Part shown: positions 1 through 7,540 of the stretch, in pieces
Layout of the letters: each line of letters opens with the position of its first letter
How positions within the stretch are numbered: position 1 is the first letter of the stretch
Origin: Candidatus Methanoperedens sp.
GTDB taxonomy: Archaea; Halobacteriota; Methanosarcinia; Methanosarcinales; Methanoperedenaceae
Assembly: GCA_027460535.1 (NCBI GenBank)
Contig: JAPZAR010000007.1
Coordinates: 90,001-122,000, forward strand
Reading direction: 5' to 3'
DNA: 32,000 nt
Notes under the pieces: generated by a model
Database searches by the model: none
The model's input: only the letters and a program-made list of their open reading frames with translations
What the model was told of the DNA's origin: nothing
Made by a program: the position numbers and the translations under genes

Positions 1-248
1 TTTGTTACAGTTTCCTTTCCACAGCACAAATCAATTAGCTGAAAAATCAATATTGATTTGACAGAAATGCCAGACGAAGTATTAAAAACGGTTGCAGGGC
101 TTGATCTGTATTATCTGGTTTTAGATATTCTGATGTTGGTAATAGTGTACCATATGAAGACGTTGATTACGAAGATGCCGAAGATGGAATTAATAAAGAT
201 GAACAGATAGTAGAGTTATTTAAAGAACGACCACGTAAAGAAGATTAA
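1..248 (+). pseudogene. HEPN-domain protein, 3' part, disrupted by two frameshifts (5' end lies outside the window)
   Basis: The HEPN-like sequence is split over three frames. Frame 2 reads ...FPFHSTNQLAEK up to about nt 46. Frame 1 (43-120) reads KINIDLTEMPDEVLKTVAGLDLYYLV. Frame 3 (123-248) reads RYSDVGNSVPYEDVDYEDAEDGINKDEQIVELFKERPRKED*. The joined LDLYY..RYxD..Y..EDAE pattern matches a HEPN C-terminus. Both shifts sit at homopolymers (A5 at 42-46, T4 at 119-122). The stop codon abuts the MNT start at 249. Confidence 0.45.
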
Positions 249-584
249 ATGGCATTTGACAGAAAGGTATCCTATTTTTTGAATAAATATCTAGGTAAGA
301 TAAAATCAATTTACGCACCGGACGAAATGTGGCTCTGGGGGTCAAGGGCATACGGCAGCCCTGGAGAGTACAGCGATATAGACCTTATCGTAGTGTCAAG
401 AAAGTTTTCGGATATAAAGTTCATACGAAGAATGTACAAGTTCATAGAAACGATTGGATTGCTAGGTGATAAAAATGCGGAAGCGGTTGATGTTTTATGC
501 TATACTCCTAATGAGTTTGCACGAAAGAGGGAACAAATCAGCATCGTTAATGAGGCAATTAGAAAGGGAATAAGGATTATCTGA
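249..584 (+). CDS. Nucleotidyltransferase-domain protein (MNT-type, minimal pol-beta-fold NTase; typical HEPN partner)
   Basis: The 111-aa ORF carries the GSRAYG(x)6 SDIDLIVV motif, matching the G-S ... D-x-D signature of pol-beta superfamily NTases. It sits directly downstream of the HEPN remnant. Confidence 0.85.
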   Translation: MAFDRKVSYFLNKYLGKIKSIYAPDEMWLWGSRAYGSPGEYSDIDLIVVSRKFSDIKFIRRMYKFIETIGLLGDKNAEAVDVLCYTPNEFARKREQISIVNEAIRKGIRII

Positions 585-714
585 AAAGATATAAAATCAA
601 ATGAATCGTGGACGCAGTATTCAAAAGGACAAAGAATGTTTCGATTTTGAAAATAATATGAATGCGGTGCAATATGGGTTCATTTTAATACTCTCAGATC
701 TTATCTAACATACC

Positions 715-2550
715 ATGCCCTCTATCATCGACCCTATCTACGGCCACGTGGGAATAAACAGACTTGAGCAGCTCATCATCAGCACGCCTGAGATGGCGCG
801 TCTCCGCCGGATACAGCAGCTCGGTCTTGCTGACATTGCTTTCCCCGGGGCGAACCACACACGTTTTGAGCACAGTGTTGGAACACTTTTTATTGCGGAT
901 AAAATGGCAAAGGCTCTGGGTCTTTCACAGGAGGAGGTAGCAAAAGTCAGGCTTGCAGCCCTGCTCCATGATATCGGGCACTGCGCATTCTCGCATGTGG
1001 TGGAAAGCGTACTTAAACGGAACCCTGCGTACCAGCCTGTGATCGATGGCAGGAGATTTCTGAAACATGAGATGTTCACAAGATACATAATATCTAATTC
1101 ATTTCATACAAAACCAGAAATTGCATCTTTGGTGGTGGATGCCAAATCATTTTTTGAAGAGATCGCAAAAATGGCGACTGGCGATGTCGATGGCCTCTCA
1201 AAACCATATCTTGCCCAGATCATCTCTGACGATCTCGATGCGGACAGGATCGATTTCCTGCTGCGGGATTCGTATCATACAGGGGTCTCCCTAGGACTTG
1301 TAGATGTGGACCAGATCGTAGGAAGCTTATCGCTGAGCAACGGAAGGATAGTTCTGGGAGGCTCACTAAGTTACGATGAGGATATGTCTCTGACTGCGGC
1401 AGAATCCATGCTTATCGCCAGGGCCCACCACTACTCTGCGATAATTCACAACCCGAAAACCCAGGGGGCGAGGGTCATGCTTCTCCAGGCTCTCGATAAA
1501 GCTCTTGCGCGCTACAAAGAAACGGGAAACGACGTAAAAGCAGTGGTACTGAAATTTTTTACCGCCTATACCGACACCGACCTGTTGAATTTCATAGAAG
1601 CTCACGGAGATGCCAGCGCAAAAAATCTGATAGACCATATCCGCCATGCAAATATTTGCAGCGCTGTTGTCCGTTTCACTCACAAGAATCTTAACCCCAG
1701 GACCCGTATGGCACTTTCCACGATCGCAAGGAATGGAGTTGCGAAGAAGATGTTTGAGGAGGAGCTTTCCAGGCGTTTTGCAAAGAAATACGGGGCATCC
1801 GTTCTTGTTGACCTTGATGTTGCAAGCGGGATCCCCAGAAGCACACGGATAAAAATAGGGGATTATGAGGGGTTCTTATATGATGAATCCGCGCTGGCCA
1901 ATGGTCTTGTAAGGGCCATCTCGCGTCAAATATCGTTATGTGTATTCTCAAGAACAGAGGACGACGCCAGGCTTTCTCAGGCCTCTCACGATTTCCTTCT
2001 CGACATCGAGAACCTATCCCCGAAGCTCCTGCACTTTATCAGGAATGAAACGAGCCTGCCCATAGAAGGAATTCTCCTTATCTTTTACAGCGCGCACAGG
2101 ATGTTCAGCAGGGAAGCGGAAGGAAGGATCACTATGCCAAGACTTCGCAATATTGCAAAGATATATTATCTCGCAAGAGAGCTTGGGAATATCGAGAAAT
2201 TGCGCAACCTGTTTGATTACAGGTTCCATACCCGATACGGGTTCCCTTATAGCGACAGGCTTTTTGAGGATATCCAGCTTCTTGTTGCCATGGGGATGGT
2301 GGATGAAGACCTGCGGTATTTTGAAAATAGCGGCAGGTGGAAACAGCGGTATGAGTATGTGCTGACCTCTGATGGTCTGAGCTATGCGGAATTGATCGCC
2401 CCGGCATATCAGAATGAATTAAAGATGATCGAGGATTATCTGAGCCTTAACAAACATTCGATCCCAAGGGACATGGTCAGCATCGCATCACAAAGGTATG
2501 GAAAAGAAGTAAGAGAAGCGTCGAACTCTCGCATATCAGATGTTCCCTGA
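715..2550 (+). CDS. HD-domain metal-dependent phosphohydrolase (COG1078 / YwfO-SAMHD1-like) with an extra YwgA-like C-terminal domain
   Basis: Motifs HTRFEHSVGT, LLHDIGHCAFSH and DADRIDFLLRDSYHTGV are present. The C-terminal roughly 140 aa contain KIYYLARELG...FDYRFHTRYGFPYSDRLFEDIQLLVAMGMVD. Confidence 0.85.
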   Translation: MPSIIDPIYGHVGINRLEQLIISTPEMARLRRIQQLGLADIAFPGANHTRFEHSVGTLFIADKMAKALGLSQEEVAKVRLAALLHDIGHCAFSHVVESVLKRNPAYQPVIDGRRFLKHEMFTRYIISNSFHTKPEIASLVVDAKSFFEEIAKMATGDVDGLSKPYLAQIISDDLDADRIDFLLRDSYHTGVSLGLVDVDQIVGSLSLSNGRIVLGGSLSYDEDMSLTAAESMLIARAHHYSAIIHNPKTQGARVMLLQALDKALARYKETGNDVKAVVLKFFTAYTDTDLLNFIEAHGDASAKNLIDHIRHANICSAVVRFTHKNLNPRTRMALSTIARNGVAKKMFEEELSRRFAKKYGASVLVDLDVASGIPRSTRIKIGDYEGFLYDESALANGLVRAISRQISLCVFSRTEDDARLSQASHDFLLDIENLSPKLLHFIRNETSLPIEGILLIFYSAHRMFSREAEGRITMPRLRNIAKIYYLARELGNIEKLRNLFDYRFHTRYGFPYSDRLFEDIQLLVAMGMVDEDLRYFENSGRWKQRYEYVLTSDGLSYAELIAPAYQNELKMIEDYLSLNKHSIPRDMVSIASQRYGKEVREASNSRISDVP

Positions 2551-2610
2551 AATTATTTGGATGAATTTATATACCATAAAAAAAGTAGAACTGATATTCA
2601 GCGGAGGACC

Positions 2611-2715
2611 ATGAAAGAATTAAATCTCGATAAGGACGATCTCGTAATAGTGATAGCGATTATTGTCGTGTTTCTGATCGTAGTGGCTGTTGGATGGATG
2701 TTCCTCAGTCATTGA
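2611..2715 (+). CDS. Possible 34-aa single-pass membrane peptide
   Basis: ATG is preceded by GGAGGA (2603-2608, with a short spacer). Translation is MKELNLDKDDLVIVIAIIVVFLIVVAVGWMFLSH, with one hydrophobic helix. It is too short to appear in the ORF track. Confidence 0.3.
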   Translation: MKELNLDKDDLVIVIAIIVVFLIVVAVGWMFLSH

Positions 2716-2729
2716 GAGAAAAAAATTAT

Positions 2730-2972
2730 TTATTTTCCAGACATCTCCTCTTTGATAATTTGCTTCAGGGCATCTCTCAGCCGGCTTTCAGGGTTTGAAA
2801 GATCATCTGCGACTATGTCCAGAACCAGATCCAGACCTCCAGGGCTTGAGGCTAAGTAATCCCTCACAATCACATCCAGGTTTTCACAGCAATCCACACA
2901 CAGATTTACACCCTCGATCTCAGCATCGTTGACCGGGTCAAGAGCAGTATGGCACAAAAAACATTCACTCAT
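2730..2972 (-). CDS. Small acidic zinc-ribbon-like protein, function unknown
   Basis: 80-aa ORF with an ATG start. It has two Cys pairs, CFLC and CVDCC, in a CxxC...CxxC arrangement. Confidence 0.55.
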   Translation of the reverse strand: MSECFLCHTALDPVNDAEIEGVNLCVDCCENLDVIVRDYLASSPGGLDLVLDIVADDLSNPESRLRDALKQIIKEEMSGK

Positions 2973-3096
2973 AACTTATCACCAGCGGCGTAAATGCATC
3001 CAGACTCTTATCAATGTTATGCATGAAAATTATATTGCAATCTTATGGGTTTTCGTCCCGTTAGTTTTATATATGATGAACTTATTGTAAGATGCT

Positions 3097-3151
3097 AGTG
3101 GGCAGGAAATCTTTTTTAATACACTAACCCCCACTCCCCAACCTGCCCACT
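3097..3151 (+). ncRNA. Candidate small RNA hairpin, copy 1 (strand assignment tentative)
   Basis: Stem 3097-3106 (AGTGGGCAGG) pairs with 3142-3151 (CCTGCCCACT), enclosing a 35-nt loop with the C-rich tract ACCCCCACTCCCC. TTTATATAT at 3066-3074 is centred about 27 nt upstream of the hairpin base, and a T-rich tail follows. Confidence 0.3.
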
Positions 3152-3250
3152 TTACTCTAATTCGTACTTATTAAATTCTGATAACCATGCAATCAATCCT
3201 CATTTTTTCATCCCGTTAGTTTTAAGTATAATGAAATTGTGTTGGGTACC

Positions 3251-3305
3251 GATGGGCAGGAAATCTTTTTTAATACACTAACCCCCACTCCCCAACCTGC
3301 CCATC
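3251..3305 (+). ncRNA. Candidate small RNA hairpin, copy 2 (strand assignment tentative)
   Basis: Stem 3251-3260 (GATGGGCAGG) pairs with 3296-3305 (CCTGCCCATC), with a 35-nt loop identical to copy 1. TTTAAGTATAA at 3221-3231 lies about 25 nt upstream, and CTTTTG follows. Confidence 0.3.
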
Positions 3306-3395
3306 TTTTGCTTATCCTCTGTAAATAACAGAATACCATGATTTAATTTAAAGAATCAATAAAGAAAAGCAAGCCGGGCCAAATCCTGATATCTT

Positions 3396-5159
3396 CTATT
3401 TTCCCCAGAACGGCTTTCCCCTGCGCTTTATTTCCATGAACGCCATGAGAGCTTCCTTATCCTCGACCTTCATGGCCTCAAAGAGTTCCTGTTCCACGAT
3501 TTTCGCATGTTTCTCAGGCACATCGATATAAAGGATCTCCCCCTCTTTTATCTGTCGGCCCACCGTCGGTCCCTCTATCGCCACGGCCACCTCCTTCCCT
3601 GCGACAGCCTCGCTTATGTTCTCATTGTGTTCCTGGATCCCTTTGATCTTCCCTACTATCATGCCGTCATCCTTCATCACTTCAAGATTGGTTTTAATTA
3701 CGCCCCCCATGACACGCACACCTACGACAGCAGGTTTACTCTGCCTGAATGTACAATCCGGCAATATCATAAATCGTCCAGCCTTGATAATGGTCTCGTA
3801 ACGTTTTTTCTCGATGAGTTGTTTCTGTTCTGTAACCCATTTCTTATAATCTTCGATAAGCCGGTAGATGACATCGTTTATGAATAACTTGACATCTGAG
3901 ATCGCAAGTTCTTCTTTGGCATCTGGCAAAACATCCACATCAAATCCCACCAGGACAGAAAAAAGCGGATCTTTCACAGTCTTGGCTTCGGCAACATCTC
4001 GCTTGGATATATCACCAATATCTGCCCTTCGTATCGGGATATTTTCTTTCTTTAACTCGTTCACCAGTGCCTCAAGTGAACCGAGGGTATCGGCTTTTAT
4101 AAGAATCCCGTTAGCTTCGGTCTCGATCCTGACAGCATCTATTTCAGATTTTATCTGCGCACCTATTTCATCGATGTTCCCCAGAGCAACCCTTATCTGT
4201 GAGCCTGCGAGCGCACCTTCAAGGCCAGGCGCTGCGATCTTGATACCCGATGCAGCCACTACTTTCTTCACCTGCTTGAATTTCTCTTCGGCGCGCATTT
4301 CAGAAAGAGGTCGTGGTTTTAAAAGAGCCCTGATCTTGGTCACGATGGGCGCACCGAGACTTCCCACCACGATCGTGTCACCAACATCCATCTCCCCGTC
4401 GTACAATATAACATCCAGAGTTGTGCCAAGGCCCACTTCCTCTTTCACTTCAAGGACTGTGCCGATCCCGGGCCCTACGGCTCTGTATTCCAGGTCTTTC
4501 TCAAGGAACTTCAGGCCAAGCCCCATCAATACCATGAGCAGGTCGGGTATCCCCTCACCCGTCTTTGCGCTTAGCGGGATCACACCTATGTTCCGCTGGA
4601 AATCCCGAACCCTGTCATACCTGTCGGAACTGAATCCCATTTCATAGAGTTTGCCAATTATTATGTATATTTTTTTATCCAGCGCTGTTTTCACATGCTC
4701 TGCCTGATTTGGGTAAGATACTATGAAGGGCTGCCCTGGTTGCGTATTCCATCCTGAGATTTTGTCTATCTTGTTTGCAGCGACCACGAACGGTGTTTTG
4801 AATCTCTTGAGAATTTCAACAGCTTCTAATGTCTGGGGCTGGAATCCTTCGTTTATATCAACAACAAGCACAGCAAGGTCTGCCAGTGCGCCCCCTCTTG
4901 CCCTCAGCGTTGTGAACGCCCTGTGCCCCGGCGTATCGATGAACAGCAGTCCTGGTACTTTGGTTTCCCCTTTAAAAATCGGTCCGCATACTCTTCTTAT
5001 TACTTCAAGCGGGACTTCAGTCGCTCCGATATGCTGCGTGATCAGACCCGCTTCCCGTTCTGCGATTGTGGTACCCCTTATCCTGTCAAGCAGAGAGGTC
5101 TTGCCGTGGTCCACATGCCCCATCACACATACGATTGGGGTGCGCAGATTCTGAGCCAT
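3396..5159 (-). CDS. infB: Translation initiation factor aIF5B (archaeal IF-2)
   Basis: 587 aa. GTPase motifs MGHVDHGKTSLLD, DTPGH and NKID are present, in the conserved position downstream of ndk. Confidence 0.95.
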   Translation of the reverse strand: MAQNLRTPIVCVMGHVDHGKTSLLDRIRGTTIAEREAGLITQHIGATEVPLEVIRRVCGPIFKGETKVPGLLFIDTPGHRAFTTLRARGGALADLAVLVVDINEGFQPQTLEAVEILKRFKTPFVVAANKIDKISGWNTQPGQPFIVSYPNQAEHVKTALDKKIYIIIGKLYEMGFSSDRYDRVRDFQRNIGVIPLSAKTGEGIPDLLMVLMGLGLKFLEKDLEYRAVGPGIGTVLEVKEEVGLGTTLDVILYDGEMDVGDTIVVGSLGAPIVTKIRALLKPRPLSEMRAEEKFKQVKKVVAASGIKIAAPGLEGALAGSQIRVALGNIDEIGAQIKSEIDAVRIETEANGILIKADTLGSLEALVNELKKENIPIRRADIGDISKRDVAEAKTVKDPLFSVLVGFDVDVLPDAKEELAISDVKLFINDVIYRLIEDYKKWVTEQKQLIEKKRYETIIKAGRFMILPDCTFRQSKPAVVGVRVMGGVIKTNLEVMKDDGMIVGKIKGIQEHNENISEAVAGKEVAVAIEGPTVGRQIKEGEILYIDVPEKHAKIVEQELFEAMKVEDKEALMAFMEIKRRGKPFWGK

Positions 5160-5214
5160 AATCTACTTAGATTAAGCTAAAAGTATATAAGTTCTCAAGA
5201 TGCGGCGTGGTTAT

Positions 5215-5664
5215 TTATTCGTATATCCAGGTTTCATCGATACGCGAGTATCCCGCTATCTCTGATTCCCTGAAATGAATACTAATCTCCCTTTCTGCGG
5301 ATTCCGGTGAATCACTGGCATGTACAACATTGCGTCCGGTATCAAGGGCAAGATCTCCCCTGATTGTTCCTGTTACCGCATTCAGTGGATTTGTAGCTCC
5401 GTTTATAGAGCGCATAACAGAGACTGCATTTCTTCCCTCAACCACCATTGAGACAGAGGGACCTGATGTTATGAAATCGATCAGAGACTTAAAAAAAGGT
5501 TTCTGGGAATGCTCAGCATAATGTTTCTTTGCTGATTCGATCGAAATCGAATTCATCCTCAAAGCGACTATTTTAAGTCCTCTTTTCTCGATCCGGCCTA
5601 TTACTTCACCCACAAGCCCTCGCTGTACGCCGTCGGGCTTGACCATAACATAGGTGCGCTCCAA
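5215..5664 (-). CDS. ndk: Nucleoside diphosphate kinase
   Basis: The N-terminus (M)[16 protein letters not shown] and the NVVHASDS active-site region are present. The conserved N-terminus requires the TTG start at 5664-5662, which is preceded by AGGTGA. Confidence 0.95.
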   Translation of the reverse strand: MERTYVMVKPDGVQRGLVGEVIGRIEKRGLKIVALRMNSISIESAKKHYAEHSQKPFFKSLIDFITSGPSVSMVVEGRNAVSVMRSINGATNPLNAVTGTIRGDLALDTGRNVVHASDSPESAEREISIHFRESEIAGYSRIDETWIYE

Positions 5665-5673
5665 TTTTTCACC

Positions 5674-5868
5674 TTACTTAGCGGTTTTACCGCGGGCCTT
5701 GCGTCCCGCCTCGGTCCATCTTACCTTACGCGGTAATCTGCCAAGGTTAGAATTTCCCTGGCATTTGGATGAACAGAAATAGAACACAGTCCCATCTTTC
5801 TTAGCATAGAGTTTGCCTGTTCCGGGTTCTATACCATCCCCACAGAACGAGCATTTCCTTCTTTCCAT
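5674..5868 (-). CDS. rpl24e: 50S ribosomal protein L24e
   Basis: 64 aa. Zinc-ribbon sequence CSFCG...FCSSKC and a basic tail are present, within the conserved operon context. Confidence 0.9.
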   Translation of the reverse strand: MERRKCSFCGDGIEPGTGKLYAKKDGTVFYFCSSKCQGNSNLGRLPRKVRWTEAGRKARGKTAK

Positions 5869-5872
5869 GACT

Positions 5873-6088
5873 TCACCTTGACATTAATTTCTTTGCTTCT
5901 CTGGAGGTCTCAAGCAACATCAGGATATCGCCATTTTTTACGGGCCCTATCACATTTCGTGTGATTATCCTTCCCTTATCCCTTCCGTCGAGTATCCTGC
6001 ACTGTATCTGCATTGCTTCACCATGCATTCCTGTCTTGCCGATAACTTCTATTACTTCAGCAGGATAGCCTGTTTCTTCATCTGCCAT
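5873..6088 (-). CDS. rps28e: 30S ribosomal protein S28e
   Basis: 71 aa. Contains [42 protein letters not shown], typical of S28e. Confidence 0.9.
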   Translation of the reverse strand: MADEETGYPAEVIEVIGKTGMHGEAMQIQCRILDGRDKGRIITRNVIGPVKNGDILMLLETSREAKKLMSR

Positions 6089-6092
6089 ATTC

Positions 6093-6461
6093 TCACTTCT
6101 TCAATGCCTGGACTTTCTGTGCCACTTCGTCGACCAGTTCCTTCCCTTTTCCGGGCTCAATTATTGCGGCTGCACCGCTTCCCACGCTCAATCCGGAGGC
6201 TGCGCCCAATTCTACCTGTTTCTTGACAAAGATGTATGGCGTATTCTTCTCATCGCAAAGAGCAGGTATATGAGTGACAATCTCTGGTGGGTTGACATCC
6301 TCACCGATCAAAACGAGTTTTGCAATACCACGTTCAATAGCTTTTGTGGTTTCGTTCGTTCCTTTCTTTATCTTTCCAGTATCCCGTGCCATCTCCAACG
6401 CTTCTAATGCTTTATTGGCTAAATCTGCGGGTACTTCAAACTTAATATACGTTTGTGCCAT
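6093..6461 (-). CDS. rpl7ae: 50S ribosomal protein L7Ae (k-turn binding protein)
   Basis: 122 aa. Contains [12 protein letters not shown] and [28 protein letters not shown]. It is the first gene of the L7Ae-S28e-L24e-ndk-infB block. Confidence 0.95.
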   Translation of the reverse strand: MAQTYIKFEVPADLANKALEALEMARDTGKIKKGTNETTKAIERGIAKLVLIGEDVNPPEIVTHIPALCDEKNTPYIFVKKQVELGAASGLSVGSGAAAIIEPGKGKELVDEVAQKVQALKK

Positions 6462-6540
6462 ATTAATTAACTCCTTCAGGATTAATTTCCTTCATTATTC
6501 ATTTGTTAAAAGTAACGGCTTCTCTACAACATAGAATGCT

Positions 6541-6549
6541 ATATATTTT
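6541..6549 (-). promoter_or_regulatory. Candidate TATA box for the rpl7ae operon
   Basis: The minus strand reads AAAATATAT about 80 nt upstream of the rpl7ae ATG, in the only intergenic space before the operon. Confidence 0.3.
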
Positions 6550-6553
6550 GCGC

Positions 6554-7450
6554 TTAATAACTTGCTTCGCTTAACACCTTCAACAGGTTGGGCGTGGCAA
6601 TCCTGACGATCGTGTAATTGCCGCTGCTGGTTATGTTGTACTGCGTAAAACCGCTCTGCGTACCATTGATCTTTAACTGGTTGAGTTTTTTCATGGTGCT
6701 TGCATTAATATTCAGGTAGGCAACCGTTCTCTCATAACTGCCATCGCTTTCTTTTATGCCCATGTAATACTGTTTTGCGAAACTTACGTTGGAACTGATC
6801 GTCTGGAATGACGCAGGTTCCACTTTGCTCAGCAGCCCAGCATATTGATCATAGGCATTAGCGGTCTTATTGAGGCTGTTAATGATCTCATACACATATA
6901 CGGCCGTTCCCTGTGGCGCATAGACTATTGGGGTTCCCAACATGTTTATGCATGGTATTGGGTTTAGCTTCGTGCCACCGCAGCTTGTGTCTTGCCTTTG
7001 AAGAACGGGGGGATAAGTATTTGGTAATTCGATATAGTCAAAATCATTTATCTCTGGATATATTGTCGAGAGGAGCAGGAATGATTTGTTTGTTCCATCG
7101 AAAAGATTGGTATAATAAATCCTGGTCGTATTTGATTTATACAGGGAATCCACTTCACCGATGAGCGGCAAATCCTGACGAACCCACTGGATCATCATGG
7201 GTGTCATGCTTTCAAGGTCTGCAAAACTTGCCGATTCTGCCCCGGGAGGTGTCAGGTTCAGAGCATCCGAAATGGAATAGAATGGCTGGTTGACTGTCCA
7301 TAATTCAGGATTGAACTTATTCGAAACAGCCTGATTAGTTGTCTGCGTATCCTCAGTCCTGGGGCTTGTAATAACATAAGCCACAGGCACAATTATCATG
7401 ATCAGAATCATTAATGCTGCGAGTAATTTGTATACATCCTGCCTTTTCAT
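6554..7450 (-). CDS. Membrane-anchored extracellular protein, function unknown
   Basis: 298 aa. One N-terminal hydrophobic helix (LLAALMILIMIIVPVAYVI) is followed by a domain with many N-x-S/T sequons. I recognise no family motif. Confidence 0.7.
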   Translation of the reverse strand: MKRQDVYKLLAALMILIMIIVPVAYVITSPRTEDTQTTNQAVSNKFNPELWTVNQPFYSISDALNLTPPGAESASFADLESMTPMMIQWVRQDLPLIGEVDSLYKSNTTRIYYTNLFDGTNKSFLLLSTIYPEINDFDYIELPNTYPPVLQRQDTSCGGTKLNPIPCINMLGTPIVYAPQGTAVYVYEIINSLNKTANAYDQYAGLLSKVEPASFQTISSNVSFAKQYYMGIKESDGSYERTVAYLNINASTMKKLNQLKINGTQSGFTQYNITSSGNYTIVRIATPNLLKVLSEASY

Positions 7451-7493
7451 GCACCCACTTAATGCTTTTCACATATTAAAGCATCACGCAACT

Positions 7494-7501
7494 TTTATAT
7501 A
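7494..7501 (+). promoter_or_regulatory. Candidate TATA box of trpD
   Basis: TTTATATA is centred about 26 nt upstream of the first in-frame ATG (7524), which is the canonical archaeal TATA-to-start spacing. Confidence 0.45.
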
Positions 7502-7504
7502 CAA

Positions 7505-7540
7505 TGTACTCATTTAGACATTAATGTACAAAGATGTACA
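7505..7540 (+). promoter_or_regulatory. Three TGTACA-type boxes (TRP-box-like operator candidates)
   Basis: TGTACT lies at 7505-7510, and TGTACA lies at 7525-7530 and 7535-7540. The last two sit inside a tandem ATGTACAAA(G/T) repeat. Spacings are 20 and 10 bp, and the boxes overlap the predicted transcription start. Confidence 0.4.

Larger units (their letters stand above)
3049..3306. repeat. Two tandem copies (period about 155 bp) of a roughly 100-bp unit: A/T-rich TATA-like box plus a 10-bp-stem hairpin
   Basis: Copy 1 spans about 3049-3151 and copy 2 about 3204-3306. The shared block GGGCAGGAAATCTTTTTTAATACACTAACCCCCACTCCCCAACCTGCCCA is identical in both copies. The upstream halves have diverged, although TCCCGTTAGTTTTA is conserved. 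Confidence 0.85.

Noticed and set aside
3049-3306. Possible CRISPR array
   Set aside because: There are only two copies. The repeat unit is about 100 bp with a 155-bp period, the sequence between the conserved cores is itself partly homologous, and no cas genes are present.
3507-5180. Several plus-strand ORFs (up to 259 aa, for example 3868-4647) lying inside infB
   Set aside because: They are antisense to a confidently identified, motif-rich gene. Their translations are low-complexity (S/T/P/R-rich) with no recognisable motifs, which is typical of shadow ORFs.
6462-6540. L7Ae autoregulatory k-turn in the rpl7ae 5' UTR (UGAAGG ... CCUGAAGG around a 3-bp helix)
   Set aside because: The tandem G-A/A-G and NC-stem parts can be drawn, but I could not find a complementary C-stem flanking a 3-nt bulge, so the motif is incomplete by manual inspection. 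It is worth a proper k-turn search but is not supportable here.
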